DNA of 62,980 nucleotides, filler included, from Sphacelaria rigidula (taxonomy: Eukaryota), in the NCBI GenBank assembly GCA_964200075.2. It is 11 parts of 11 records of this genome, joined end to end, with 100 filler letters (N's around TTAATTAATTAA, not from the genome) between each part and the next. Parts side by side here need not be neighbours in the genome. Positions count along the whole stretch, not along the records: positions 5,736 to 11,370 come from CAXNAA020025691.1; positions 11,471 to 17,105 come from CAXNAA020025692.1; positions 17,206 to 22,840 come from CAXNAA020025693.1; positions 22,941 to 28,575 come from CAXNAA020025694.1; 7 more parts are not named here. One strand, written 5' to 3'. Positions 10,851-24,612 of this stretch are shown one piece after another. The notes beneath the pieces were generated by a model. That model was given only the letters and a program-made list of their open reading frames with translations, ran no database searches and was not told the origin of the DNA. A program made the position numbers and the translations under genes. Numbering within the stretch: the first letter of the stretch is position 1; the number at the start of each line of letters is the position of its first letter.

Positions 10851-13800
10851 ATTCACTGAACGCGATACACTCTCCACGGTGCAGCAGCTGGTGCCAACTC
10901 ACGCTAAGGCCAGAAGCTGTCGGAGCAGGACGTCTTGTTGTTCACGGGTAATTGATACCCAGATTTACCCTGTTTTTCGAGTTTGGATCAATTCGAATGA
11001 ACTCATTGTTATGTAGTCTGATGGTTTTGTTGTGTGGATACAAATATTTTATCATCGTTACGAAGGTATACATTGTTTCATGTCGAAGATGAGCATCATG
11101 CACAACAATAATACGCGTGCAAGCGAACAAGCAGAAAACAAAGGAGAGCGAAAAAAAGCAGGGGTCCCAGGAAGCATACAAAATACACAACAAGGTGCCG
11201 AAATACCTAATCGACTATGCTCACGCTCTGCCATGGGCAACAGAAACGCAGGATACAATGCGGTACAAATAGCATGGACCATGTTGCAATTGCGGAGGGT
11301 TAGGTGACCAATCAGAGGGATGATATATAATGACGTAGGTTATGCGAGTACAGTCACGTGTGCAGTATGANNNNNNNNNNNNNNNNNNNNNNNNNNNNNN
11401 NNNNNNNNNNNNNNTTAATTAATTAANNNNNNNNNNNNNNNNNNNNNNNNNNNNNNNNNNNNNNNNNNNNTGTGACCCCGGCTGGTGCGCCCACATACAC
11501 CGAAAGGTGTAGACTGGCGCCCAGAATAGATGGGACGACAACACATGCACCATCCCCGATGAAAAACTCCATCCTCAATTTCATGATCGGCTGTTATCGA
11601 TCATGCTACATCATACCAAATATATGTGGTGGTTTGCCAGCTGTGCAGAACGCTATGGACGCCACCTCACGACTAGAGTTGAGGCGTGTGCTGTGGTCGT
11701 GTTGCACAGTAGTATTCCAAAAGGTTCACTGCGAGACCATGGTTTTGTCCTGATTTGTGTTTAATGATTCGTTCCATTAGTATTAGGGTCTTGCTATTTA
11801 CGTCAACGTTGGCGTACTGTGTTACATCCGCCAACGTTGACGTAATCTGTTATATCCGTCAGCATTCAGCATCCGTCCCACAAGCCGCGCATGGACACAG
11901 CAACACATGGAAAACACTTACACAGTCTCTAGCTATCGTTCAAGCCATCGCACGGAGCAAACGGACCCGTAGCGGATGAGATACGTGGTTAGCTGTCACA
12001 ACGTTGTGCTACACACGATGCGCTGATAACAGAAGATAAGTGATCGAAAAGGCCGCAAGCTTCGAACAGGCAAGCCCGGGCGGCGATCGACACAACATGA
12101 AGTTGTAACCGTGAAAGCTGAGGTCATGGGCTGGGTATAGGCAGCGGGAAGACTTTTTTCGTATCCGTACTTTTCACAGCGGCAGCTTTGTAGACTAAAC
12201 GTGAGCCCGACACCGCGGCAAGCGGGGGACACTGCTGGCTCATATTTGTATGTGATTTGTTCTTGCTGCTTGGCGTAGTTTATAGCCAGCGAGGCAATGT
12301 GAGCACAGAATTCGTTAGTGACAGATGCAGGGGCTACTCACGCGTGGTTTGGCCTATACTGCACACAAATCATAGACCTGTCACGGAATTGTCTATACAT
12401 TCCTCTACGTGGTCAAAGCACAGTAGCACTGTGTTCACGCATCACCCATGTTGTATGTGTGGAGACTACAGTCGGTAGAATATGTGCCGGTTGGCGTGTA
12501 ACGTATGCGGAGAAATACTCGCACACCTACATCTGTTGAGCAGATTTCAATCTATGCCCTATGCTCGAGATAACTCTTTGTCTACCTTCCTGGTTTGTCT
12601 GGTTCCTGTATCGTCTCAAGAAGCACCACCCTACAGTACCTAGGCATTGAGCGGCCTGCAGAGCTTTGCACACTTGAGAGTTGTAACAAACCTCAAAACG
12701 AAGCCGGCGCGCAAGCCGCGCAGCCAAGTCTGCTGCCAGCACAATGTGTTGGCGAGGGTCGGACTATGGCCTGATAGCACCGTCACACCGTGCTTTTCAG
12801 CCGAAGAAGCGTACACTTTACAGCAAGACCCTTAGTATTAATATTTATGCGATGGTAAGCAAGAAAAGTACAGCCGACAGTAGGCGGTAAAGGAAAAAAC
12901 AACAAAACAACGAGCGGGATTTTACTCATAAATGCCACCTCCTGGAAAGGCTATAGCAGTGCCAACCCGAAGCGCCGAATATAAGATTATGGGAATCGCT
13001 TTCGGCGAGTACGATATGAAGAGGGAGACTGGAAAAGAGTGATATTCAGGTACAACCTGCGATTTTCCCGACGGCGTTGGCGGACTATCCGCCGTAAACG
13101 TATGCACCCAAGGGCGCACCGCACCAAGTACTGCACAACGTTTCCATCAGCCCAACGCACGGAGTAAAGTTCCTTCTGCAAAATACAACCGCCAGGGTTA
13201 CATATATACCTCCAAAACTCATTTGCATCAAACATGTCTCCAATTTTCTCAACAGGTTTAAATAAAACGCGATGTCATCGTCGTGGTCTTTGCCAGCTCC
13301 CGATGCCGAATCCCCTCTGTGCGAGCCGCTGCACGAGGAATCTGAATCTCCACTCCAGATCCCGGCTGACTACTTCGACTCGCCCTTTGGCAACCATGCA
13401 TGCTGCCGCCGTGCCCCTCTCATCCACGCGGCGTATATCAGCAAGACGGTCGATGGTGGCCTTCGAGTCGGACGAAGTCTGCGTGAGCCGCCCACGCCTG
13501 ACCGCCTGTCCCCTGTTGTACCGATGTTGGTCCCAACCAACACGGGTAGTGAACCGAATGGTGTAGCCAAATCGCCCCCACCCCTTGCCGAATCATCCCC
13601 TCGTTTGCCCGTACTAGATGCTGTAACCCCCCCCAGCTTCGCAACCTGACGCTTCGCTAAAGTACATGTTGCGGCCGACCAAGGTATCCCAAAACAAGCG
13701 AAACAGTTGTCGTGTCCATCCACGACAACTACTCTTGCCAGGCATCGTCCATCCCTCACAGTTTACGAAATTCAACACTCGACGGATTCACCGACGACCG

Positions 13801-13899
13801 TAAATGACACTCGGTGCCCCAACCAACCTTCCGACCGAACTCTTGTTCCGAAGGATCATCAGCGTGTGTATTTCATGACCGTCGCTCACAGTCACAAAC

Positions 13900-16850
13900 A
13901 CGATTCGTCCACAGATTTCTTGCCAAAATTTGGACCGGATCTAGTCGGTGGAACTGCAATTATGGATGGTGCCTCCTTCAAAACGAAAATAGTGCGTGAG
14001 CTTACCACCAACGTGTGATGGACCTGCAACCTATAGAACTGACGGCGTGTTGAACAACGTCAGCCCTGTACGAATGGCTGGTGACACCACAAGGTGCCGC
14101 TGGCACCCCCGGGGCGTTTCAACGTGTGATGTTTCGTGTGACTAATGGATTGTCTAAATGCCACATCTACCTCGACGACGCGGTAATACACGGTATAGCA
14201 CACCTTCTGAATATGTCAAGCACTTGGCATCTTTCTTCGCTCGCTTTGAACAACACAACTTGAAATTCACCCCTCCTAACCCCGCATTGAGGCGACTTGC
14301 ATCAAATTCCTAGGCCACTGCTTCTCTCCTGGTCGTAGCCCAAACCTCAACAAGGTTGCCGCGCTTACAGATATGCCCATGCCACGGGATACGTCTCAAC
14401 TGCGCTCCTTGCTTGGCGGTTTGAGCTACTACTACCGATAGTATTTTCCGAACCCAGCCCAAACCCCCAGAACCCTCACATCCCTTTCAAAAGAAGAGTG
14501 AAATTCTTGTTTACGTTGGGAATGAAGCAACCTGTTCGTAAACTGTTTGACACACTTTCGCGACCACCAACCTTGATTTTACCAGACTTATCAGCCGCTG
14601 AAAATGGCTCACGTCCGTTCCGACTTCACACGGATCTCTCCACAATTGGGTTTGGCTGCACGATAAAACAGGAGCAGGCAGATGCTAATATTCACCCCAT
14701 TGTATATTTAAGTCGAACCACCTACCCAAACGAACAGAACTGGTTGGTCATGGAGCAAGGGACCGGCGCGATTGTTCGGGGTGTGCGACGACTCTGTCAG
14801 TACTTGTATGACATCCATTTTTGACTTATATAGATCGTGAGTCTTTGGAAAACCTTGCAAAAATGGCGGGAAACAACGCCCAGGCTCAACGCTGGTTTGA
14901 AGTCCTGTCCTCTTGTAACTTCACGCTGAAGTACCGAACACGACCTTATAACGCAAGCGCTGATGCTCGCTTGCCCATACCGGCTCAACCCATCGACAGC
15001 TCCGCCTTGGGACGCATCCCGGATCCCACCGAAGACACTGTATATTTCAGTAGCAGAAGCGGTCATATCGGACTCTACACACCACTCTTACTGAGCCACA
15101 ACTCGGCACTTGGCATTGGTGGGATGACGACTAAGGCTCACGCCTCTGTACTAGGCAGTTTGCCACCACACTCGTTGTGTTAAGTCTGGAATGGAACTGG
15201 TACAAAAACGAGTGCATGTGATCAATTCCGTGCAACTGGTCATCGAATGGTTTGTGCTGCAGATGTAGGCCCGTCTTGTCTTGAGTTCGCCCTCCCGGTT
15301 CAAGTGAAAAACTTAATCTCCAGTAGAGTCCGAGGGCGACGGGCTGCCGAGACGGCCACCACCCTGGCGGCCTCTGGCTCGGACCTCCCCATTCCGACCC
15401 TCATCCCGGTGACCAATACTTTTCATGCGCCCCCTCACGCACCGCGGCGCAAGGTCTCCAGAACATCGATATATCTGGGAGCCCATAGTCGAAGCCTCGG
15501 CTGTGCCCCCCCTTTTCTGATGACGGTGTCTCCTCTAAAGCCACACCATCCGATACGCTAGTGGACGTAGGAGTCGAGGACAACGTTCCGCTTGAATATG
15601 CACTAATTGATTGCCCTGCCCATGATCCAAATACCCCTGATTCGAGTCAATACAGCCGTGACCCGAACCCCTGCATTTTGCACAAACCGTCGTATAGTGT
15701 ATTCGAGGAGCGCTGACCCTTTTCTCTCACGCCGAGTGGGTCAGGGGATAACAAGCTAAACCTGCTTGTAGAGCGGCTATGCATGATCTATCCCAAAGAT
15801 GCTCGTCTCCTTTTTCAGCAACTGAGTCTCTCTTGCCGTTGGGAACCACCAGGTCCCCACACAGGAGGAAGTCACTGAACTATCGCGGAAAGATATGCTT
15901 CACACGGGTGATGATGGCATAGTTGTATTAGTACGCCGACCCATAGCGCCCCTTCGTGTGGGACAACTTACAAGTTAACATGCCTGCTTGTTAGGTGGTG
16001 GTCCCATTCGAATTTATGTGACGATGCTTCTGCGCCCATGGGTTCTGCATGAAGGCCATTCGCAAGCATCGACACATCTCGGAGTTGCTAGGACATTCCA
16101 GATGCTTGAGCATTTGTTGTGGTGAATTTGTATGGATCAATGTGTACGTTCGTGGGTATCGCGTTACCTTTTGTGTCAAGTGCGCAAAACTTCGCGCCAA
16201 CGGTTCGATGGCCAGTACGTTCCTTGCCAGTCCCCAAGGGGCCTGGCGAAATAGTCTCATGGGACTACTTTGGTCCGTGCCTCTCTCTGATAGTGGTAAC
16301 AAGTGTGTTTAGTTGTATACTGATCGGTTTAGTCGACACGCGGTGATGCATGCTGTTCCGGAAGCTAACTACAGTGCGGCAGCCAAAGCCAACGTCCTTG
16401 TGAACACGTACACCGGACAATGAGGTGTACCCAAACGATTGCTATCCGACAACGGCCCGCATTTCGCCGGCAGACGTTTTGCCGCGATCAGTAATTTCCT
16501 GAGTGCCCATCGTATTTTAACTAGTTCGTAACATCCGTCCACTAACGGTGGGACCGGACGAGCGAATCATACGATAGCTCAAAAAATGCTTGAAACGGTG
16601 ACAAAAGAATGACAAACGGATTGGGACTTGCATTTGCCCATTGTTCAGATGAACCACCACAATTCAGTCAATGCCGCCACGGGATTGACCCCTGATGAAG
16701 CTCATATCGGTCGTATACCCAGGTTATCACTGACGGTGTTCGACCGAAAATCGACCGGAGGCCATCGACAGTTTCGATAGAGATATTGCAGAGTACCATA
16801 TTACTGTCATAAATCGTCTTCGTCTTGTACATAATGTGATGCGTGAGCAG
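13900..16850 (+). mobile_element. Degenerate Ty3/Gypsy pol (RT-RNase H-integrase)
   Basis: LYEWLVTPQG..FQRVM..IYLDD (14168-14179), FLGH, LRSLLGGLSYY, FRLHTD..PIVYLSR, HLGVART..CVKC, GPGEIVSWDYFGP, LSDNGPHF, HPSTNGG; many stops and frameshifts; RT-RH-IN order. Confidence 0.93.
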
Positions 16851-17205
16851 AACCAAATCGTACCCGCTGGTCTGTGTCCAGGTGCCCCTTGGAGCAAGAT
16901 GCGTTTAGTTTCCCCTTAAAACGAAATCGATAGAGGTTTTAGAGTGAAATGAATGTCGCCATCAACTGGTGAAACACAGGATCTTACAAATTGGGGATGG
17001 ATCTTTTATTGGGGATGTAAACCCGGAGAATTCAAGAGCCATCCTACGATAGGGGGGGGGGGGAATTTGGGCAATTTGTTGCTCGAAATTTCGAGTCAGA
17101 TCGTCNNNNNNNNNNNNNNNNNNNNNNNNNNNNNNNNNNNNNNNNNNNNTTAATTAATTAANNNNNNNNNNNNNNNNNNNNNNNNNNNNNNNNNNNNNNN
17201 NNNNN

Positions 17206-17428
17206 TATTTGAAGTGTTTTTTTTTTTCGTGAGTTAAGGGCAATAATCAGTTTTCTGGTTGAAGCAAAACGCCCTTAACTCACGAAAAAAAAAAAACTTC
17301 ATGTGCTTCTCCCCAATTTTTTATTATGCCCTGTGCATTATCCATATCGAATTTCAGGGTCTAACTCCAAATATTGCCCGGCGCATCCGCCTGCAAAATT
17401 TCATGCGGCCTCTAGGCTGGCCCAGCTC
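17206..17428. mobile_element. Terminus of a second Sola-like TIR family
   Basis: Ends GCCTCTAGGCTGGCCCAGCTC followed by GTAC; about 190 bp shared with 40818-41004. Confidence 0.65.
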
Positions 17429-18497
17429 GTACTGAGCGCAACTGTTTCATGTCCGGCGATTTTTCGTCGTCTTCTATTTCGATGTCGTCTGCTGCTGACA
17501 ATGTTTGCCCGAGGAAATTAAATTATTTTGGTCCAAACTGTATTTTTCGATGGTTTCAGAGTAAGACCTGCTTTTTCAGCGCATTGAACGTGTTTTCAAG
17601 TAGACTCACGTGGCTTATCCACGAGGAAGACCTAGACCTTTGCCCTTTCATCATTTCGCGCAGTTCGCATGAGGTATGCGTTCTTGCTAACCGGCCTTGC
17701 ACACTACAAATATCAAGTAATGGGAACGCCGAGGCGGGGTTTCCGCTTCAATGTGACCCTCTTTTAATTGAGACGCATATTTCTTTTGAAAAAAAAAAGC
17801 GCATAAAGGGCAAGGCCTAGGAAGACCAGGGGTTGAATGGTCCGTCTACACTAACACGCCACTTTCGGGTCCGAAGTGTGAGACGGTGAAAGCAATTATT
17901 CACAGAAAAAAAAAATAATGGGGATGACGCTAAGGCCATGTTGCAGGCGATTGAATACAAATTAACCATTGCTCGTGACAAAGGCTGTTTTCTCTTCTTC
18001 TCCTTCCGCTACAGAAATTCGATTAAACGCGCTCCGCACAGCATGAGAGAGAGAAACAAATTGCGGCCGCCATCCTATCTACACGAGATTCCATGTCTGG
18101 CATTGGCCAAGATGTTCGGGCTAGACTTCCGCGAAGCGTCGACCGGTAGTCGCCACGAAATCGAGCGGTACCGCCTGTTTTTGCTACAACGTTTACCGCT
18201 GAGCCCCGAAGACTCGTTATTTTCTCAAATATACCGTATCATTCAATTTCGTCTACGCATTCGTCGTATTCTTGGGGCTCGGTCGACTGGTTGCGTGGCT
18301 GGTTCAAGTGGAAATGTAGCTATTTCTATCGTGCATCAACCTAGTTCTTGCGGCGATAACGAGATAAGACTGCCCTCTACCTTGTACACAGATCGAGAAC
18401 TTGGTCTCTTTTGCTCCTGTAAATATCGTTGAGCTTTTGAACCCCTGTCGTATGTCAGTATTATTATCTCCATCATCCTGTAAAATTGCAAAAATAG

Positions 18498-18703
18498 CAA
18501 GGGCGGGTCGAGTAGAGTATACTCAATTGCGGGGTATTTTAAAGGTCGTACTCATAGTACACAACTTTGGGGGTAGGGATGTAAGTATCGCTTTCCAGAT
18601 ATTTCTTTAGTACAACTCCTAACACTCTACCCTAACTTGAGTACCTCAAGTACGTCTTTCGAAATACCCCGCAATTGAGTGGACTCTACCCAACCTGTCC
18701 GTG
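18498..18703. mobile_element. Foldback MITE with long imperfect TIRs
   Basis: GTAGAGTATACTCAATTGCGGGGTATTT pairs with AAATACCCCGCAATTGAGTGGACTCTAC; arms about 80 bp. Confidence 0.8.
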
Positions 18704-18939
18704 AAAAAACAATACAACAGTTTCCGTGGGTGCATCTGTTACAGGCGATATACATCGAAAAAAGTGTATTTCGCTGAAGTTAAACATGCCTGCTCCACGG
18801 GCTAGCCATCAGTATCATTGCTATTTTTTTCTCCGCCGGCCGTGTACATACAGACCGTACTTGCCACGACTAGGCGGGTGAAAAAGTGCGGTACGTGGGA
18901 GGGTTGAATGCCTCCTTCTGTTGACAGCACGTGGTTCAA

Positions 18940-19375
18940 TTACTGACAAGATACAGACGGGCGGTGGTTCATGAGATTCGACATGAAGCTCCGTTTCACC
19001 TTGCGAAGGGAAACACGACATTTTTTCGTAAGGCGCTCCCGTGCAGGTTCGGCAGATGTCTTTACCCCGATGACAGAACAATAATTGTTTCCAGTGTGCG
19101 TCGAATGAATTTTTAATGGGCCGTCTTCTGCGTGGTAGCCCTCAGACTTGACTGTTGAGTTACGGGACGACAGTGTTTCTGCCTCCAAATCAAGCAATCC
19201 CTTGGAAAGCGCACATGATCGAGTTCCCTATCAGCATGCAGTCTGGCATTCGACAGGGAGGTTTTTTCTTCAAACGTAAGGTCGAAACGACTGAATCCAA
19301 GCATCTTGATGCATGAACTGTCGGCGATCCTTAGATGGAAAGATCCAGGTGGAACCGGCTTACTGTAGTACCCGC
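18940..19375 (-). pseudogene. Possible Gypsy retropepsin/linker relic
   Basis: PVPPGSFHLRIADSSCIKMLGFSRFDLTF resembles the retropepsin flap region (ADGS..LG); catalytic DTG not seen. Confidence 0.4.
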
Positions 19376-20985
19376 TACGTCCAAGGTAGGTTGTGACGGA
19401 CGAAGATTAAGCTGGCGATGGGTAGATCATAAGCAGACTCAATGGTCACAGCCTCGACAGCATTTGTTGTTTACTCTGGTCGCAGGTTAAACATGCGTCA
19501 TCGTGGGATGTAACGTCGTCGGTTCCTTGGGGGTACCGTGCAATGTGTAGCACACCTTGAGTCTCCACGACTTGTGCTTCATGGTCGAAGATTCGGATCG
19601 GTGTTTGCTTCATCGCCTTTTTTGCGGCTGTGTTGTGTTACACAAAAGCCTGCTTAGGAACTACATCCAAGTACGGAGGCTGTTTATATTATACACAACT
19701 CTCAGTACAGTGTTCACATTCGCTGCTCCCGTTGAGCTTCTGCTTGACTCTAGTCCGCACTGTCACTGTCGCTACGTGGGGCTCTTCTGGTGGCTTCACT
19801 GCAGGAGTTACTGCACTGCTACACCAGTTAATCACGTTTGTTCCCGATTCGGCTCACCAGAGGAAATTATATTTTTTGTTCCGATGCTACTTGTATTTAT
19901 CCTGCTTGCATCCCTCTGCGATTTTTTCAATTTGTTGGGTGCCATCATCCGAATGTAGCTTACACCCGCTCTCATTGCCATGCGTTGTTGGGTTCAGTCA
20001 GGTTTGCTGCTACCTGTACACCTCTTTTCAAATCCATAAATTGTTGAGTGCAGTCAGATGTTTTACACCCCTCCCTTCAATCTCCTGAGTTATTGGATAC
20101 GATCAGTCTGTCTCTTATTACACACCCTCTCAATATATATGTTGTTGCATGCGGTGGGACTGCCCGTTACACCCGCTCTGAATAAGAGGAGCTGTAGGGT
20201 GCCGTAAGGTTGTGCATTCACAAGTTGAATAGTATCTTCGTGAGTGCTATTTCGAGCTACCGCGGCTTCAGGGGGTCGGTCTGCTTGCTTGATTGCCGTG
20301 ACTCGCCCACTGTGGCGGTGGAAGGTATACTTGTCATCGTGGCCTCCCTGCTTGACTAGCCGCGGACGTCATATGTAGTGAGCTCTCAAGATGCTGCTCT
20401 CGCGCTGCCCCAAACTCTTCACCTCTCTACTTGGATCACTGTGCACATGGCCACTAGAGTCGGAGCTCATAAGAGTAGCGCGGCACGTGCACTGCGCAAA
20501 GTGTACAGGGTGTTTCACTGGATCCGACCCCCGCACTGCCCTGAGCAACGCTTTCCCGAACGCTCGAGGTGCCTACCCTGACATGACCGCCCGCCGTGAG
20601 GCGGTCGGTCTAGCCGAGCCTCTAGGTATTCGGCACACGAACTCGCTTCCGGGTTGAGTGTTGAGGTCAGGTTTTCTCCTTCCTTCAAGAAATAAAGAAA
20701 AAATAGATACCACCACGTTTTGTCTGCTGTTGCCCTCCTTGTAGCAGGGGCGTGTCGTCCGAGGAAACTCTTTTTATTATTTTTTTCGTGCTCGGCATGG
20801 TCTCCTTGGGTGTGTGGGGGTGGCATGACTCCGTACTCTGATACTTCGCACGCGTGGGTTCGTATCGAGTCTGGTTCTCGCCAGTGTAGGAACGCTACCC
20901 CGCTAGGGTTGTAGGGTGTTTTTTCCGTGGGTGGATCTTCCCGAAGGATCTTCAAAGCGAGACGTATCTCCTCTCTTGATATTTA

Positions 20986-21536
20986 CAGTAGTGGGCGATC
21001 TAACTATTAATTTTGTGGCATTTTGTGATGTTTCCGTGATTGGCGATTTTCTTGGGCTCTTTCCGCTCGCCACCCCTTATCACATCGTAAATCTAAAGAT
21101 GTTTGTATCCGCTCCACATTCCTAGAAGAAAAAACCATTTGTACTCAATATTTAGTGACTTACGGGCTGACCGGTCATCGGGGGTCCTGCCACGTTTCAG
21201 CCCAGATTCCTACTCTTCTGTATTTTCGGTCGATCGAGCCCGTCCCGAATATATTTGTAAAGAAATGCACAGTTTTATTTTTTTGAAATTCTGCCTACTC
21301 AATGCACTAGGGTCGAAAAACTGTGTTTCACGGTCAACATCACCCTCCTGGTAAACGGGGTATTTACCCGTTTCGCCCGATAACACCAACTAACACTGAC
21401 TTGGGCACTGTGGTTCAAAGATGATCTGTTTTGTTGTACCAAAATCTACCAACGCTAGCGATTTCGAGTTTTATCGAAAAGTAGTACGCGAGGAAAACCC
21501 CAAAACACCCCTAAATAGTTAGACCGCCCACTACTG
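20986..21536 (+). mobile_element. Tc1/mariner-type MITE (CAGTAG family), complete
   Basis: TIRs CAGTAGTGGGCGATCTAACTATT / AATAGTTAGACCGCCCACTACTG, TA on both sides; further copies at 42567-43436 and 53501-53915. Confidence 0.92.
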
Positions 21537-22096
21537 TAGGCAAGAATTGGCCGTGACCTGGGTAGGCGGTTGGAGTCGACCTGTACTGGGTACACAGTGA
21601 AAGTGACTCCCCAGAGCTCCGCGGTGGCTATTGTAATGTTTAACTCTTTCTACCGTCGAGACCTGTTACCCAGGGTCCCGGGAATTCGGCTGTATATATA
21701 TACGTATATAGATATGAGTTTTGCTGGTCTCTCGAACAAGCCACTGATGGAATTGCTCCTGACATCGCCTCATCTCTGGTTTACATGTCATACGAGTGCT
21801 CACTCCACACATACAACGAGAGTCAACATAACAATTTGCTTTGTGATAGGCAGGACCCGAGATCGAAAATTTTGAATTGCGGGTCCTACGGTAACGTCAA
21901 AATTATCAGTACTCGAGCGGCATGTTCAGTTCAGTTTCTAGGTTGTCATAACCCCCACCATTCCACGGAAATACCTCTATTTATTGATCATTTCAATTTT
22001 TACATAATAAATTTCTGGCTTCCATGCTGCAGGGAGAAAAATCAAATTTCACTTGTATACCCCCCCCCCCCCCAGCCCGCGTACGTACATGCCCAC

Positions 22097-22297
22097 CTGA
22101 ACAAATCTGAGCAATCTGGGTTCATTTTCGTCCAAGTCCATCCGCATCTCAAACCACTGATCTTTACCGTGCACGACAGAGCTGGGGCCGCGGAGAGTGA
22201 AACCCACACCGGCGTACATGTGCAGTAGCTTCGACTTGGCGATGAGGCAGATGCGCTTGACCCGAGGTTGGGTCATGGCGACGCGCTCCAGGTATGC
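22097..22297 (-). CDS. Internal exon of a GNAT acetyltransferase (AANAT/Paa1-like C-terminal part)
   Basis: cag| and |gtgggc boundaries, 201 nt, phase 0/0; ICLIAKSKLLHMYAGVGFTLRGPSSVVHGKDQWFEM fits the LxxxYxxxGF..GPS..HG..W.xM pattern. Confidence 0.88.
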
Positions 22298-22621
22298 CTG
22301 TGGCACGTTGATGTTGCGGTGGTAATTGTTGAGTAGTAGAGTGCAGTAGAGGGTGTCATGTGGGTGTAGGGTGTGTGAACGTATGCCTTTTCAAGCATAG
22401 CTTATCCACATATATCCTCCCAATCGCTCAGACTCGCGGTCAACCGAGGGTGGGGGAGGGGAGGGCAGTAAAGAAGTTGTTGGTCTTGCTTTTACTGCAA
22501 GGGCATTTTCACATTATAATCAAGCGATAACAGATCGCATCGGCAAGTATGAATTAACCAGAAAATGACGACTCTGCGGTTACAAGGATCGGTCTTGACT
22601 TGGCGGGTGGGAAAGGGGGGT

Positions 22622-22755
22622 GTACTCATGATCATGCATGCCGAGGGGGGAGGGGGGTACTCATAATCATGCATGCCATAGTTGTACGACCAACGACCTC
22701 GCATCCCTACAAAGCCGGGACGGAGCACGCCGGGTTTTCGCTGGACCAGGCTCTG
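22622..22755 (-). mobile_element. Two stacked LINE 3' tails (22622-22642 and 22657-22755)
   Basis: GTACTCATGATCATGCATGCC motif twice (one mismatch) within G-rich flanks; GGCGGGTGGG(A/G)AGGGGGG-like direct repeat on both sides. Confidence 0.8.
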
Positions 22756-22940
22756 GCGGGTGGGGAGGGGGGGTGGGAAGGGGCGCCATTGCAAGTCGAC
22801 CGCAAAATATGGTTGAACACTGCACGCAACGCTATCCATTNNNNNNNNNNNNNNNNNNNNNNNNNNNNNNNNNNNNNNNNNNNNTTAATTAATTAANNNN
22901 NNNNNNNNNNNNNNNNNNNNNNNNNNNNNNNNNNNNNNNN

Positions 22941-23133
22941 TAGGTCAGGGAAAGCACGGCTTTTGAGTTGAACCTCATTTGTTTTTTCAACCCCATTTTC
23001 GAAAATCGGCTGTTAGTAGGTAAAGGGATGGAACCATATTTCGAAGATTTGGTGTGGATACAAAGATTCAAATCGTCCAGGTTCTCATCCTCAATGAAAA
23101 GCTCCGTTCTCAATTTCGATGATCGGCTGTTGT
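22941..23133 (+). repeat. Two adjacent ATCGGCTGTT-family termini
   Basis: The first matches 1-75; the second matches the reverse complement of 38387-38500. Confidence 0.7.
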
Positions 23134-23318
23134 TGTTATTATTTCTCCTGAGCAGCTGAGCTGTTTGCGTACCAGGATTGTACGGTGCAGTATCGTTTAA
23201 TAGAAAAGTATCTCAAACTCGACGTTCCTGACATATTCACCAGAAAACTGTGAACAGAGAGCGCTACCAAACGCAATGACCGCACGCGAGGCATCTCTTC
23301 TTGATGTGAGCAGTGCTA

Positions 23319-23556
23319 CGAGAGGGGTTGCACTTTTTGTTTCTGGGTCTCGTTTTTGTAGGAGCCCAAATATATATGAGGCTTACAATGCAACCCAAAT
23401 CTCCCGGGACAGGATATAAAGATGCACACAGGGGCCTTCTCGTGAATCGGCATCATTTTCAGTCTTTTCTCAAGTGAAAATGATGCCGATTCTCGAAATA
23501 AATGATCCCTTCAACACCCCGAGAAACATTTTCGCTCAAAAAGTGCAACCCTACCG
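23319..23556 (+). mobile_element. MITE with CGGTAGGGGTTGCACTTTTTG-type TIRs and TA flanks
   Basis: Inverted termini, internal hairpin GAATCGGCATCATTTTCA..TGAAAATGATGCCGATTC; inverted second copy at 25938-26180. Confidence 0.85.
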
Positions 23557-24035
23557 TAGCATCACTCGTGTCGCCCATGTGGAAAGAAGGTGATTCCTAG
23601 ACGGACACTGTGGAAAGGAGATACCTATCTCTAACAAACCTAATGGACGCCCGCGAATTTTATTTCGGGTGTCGTTGTGGATTTTTTCTCCTTATTATCT
23701 ATATGGTGGTTCCCATAACGAGCGCCTTTCCCCAAGCGAGAAAAGCACCGGGCGCGCTCGGGAGAGTATATATATATATATATATATAACAATCAATGTT
23801 TTCGCGAGATTGAGAGTAGAGGACGCGATTCAGAGTGAAAAACGGCCAGTTCGTGAACGAATCGTTTCAGTTCCAAAATGCCCCCTCCACGAGGACCGAT
23901 ATGCTTTCCGTAGTAGCTTGCCTCTGAGGCCCTTGATATCCCTGAGTAGGATATCGACGTGTAGCTGTAAGCACATGCTATAGTAGTGATGGAGGCGAAG
24001 AAAAGGACACACATATGAAAAAATGGCTAGGTTAA

Positions 24036-24133
24036 CCCTTAGACCGCGAGGTTAGTCTTCTGTTGAATTGGCATCAATTTCGAGTGAAAAAAAGTATGCA
24101 TGATCCAGGAAGACTAATCTTGCGGTCTAGGGG
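24036..24133. mobile_element. piggyBac-type MITE (98 bp)
   Basis: TTAA on both sides; TIR CCCTTAGACCGCGAGGTTAGTCTTC / GAAGACTAATCTTGCGGTCTAGGGG. Confidence 0.85.
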
Positions 24134-24536
24134 TTAAAGCGAATTACCAAATAAGTCACCGTCAATCAGCGCTCTACTCTCGATCTCACGAAAGCGTTCT
24201 TATATATGTGTTGACACATGTGCGTTCAGGCCACATACACTGTATCGTGGGTTCTCCGCCGCGGCCAGTTATTGCCACTACAGTACAGCTAGCTGCACTT
24301 CGCAATAACCGGTCCCACGTGAATCGCGGTCCGAAGGAGTTATCACACTGATATGCTGCCAGTGAAAAATGTTGTCGCAGGTCAAGGACCGACATCCTCC
24401 TGGCGTGCATATTCCTTAAACAACATCGCCACATCATCAGGCGATATCAACTCCATGCTTGTATGATGCTGTGGGTATATGGAAACGGCGGCACGCGCTA
24501 TTGCATGCACCATAGTTTGTACGGGAACCGACTTAC

Positions 24537-24612
24537 CTTGGGCAGCAGCAGCCATGGCACTGGTAGTAGCACCGACCATGGCGAGGAGGACAGTCATCGC
24601 TTGCATCATCAT
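24537..24612 (-). CDS. Possible signal-peptide first exon
   Basis: MMMQAMTVLLAMVGATTSAMAAAAQ followed by the consensus donor G|gtaagt; no in-frame next exon identified. Confidence 0.3.
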
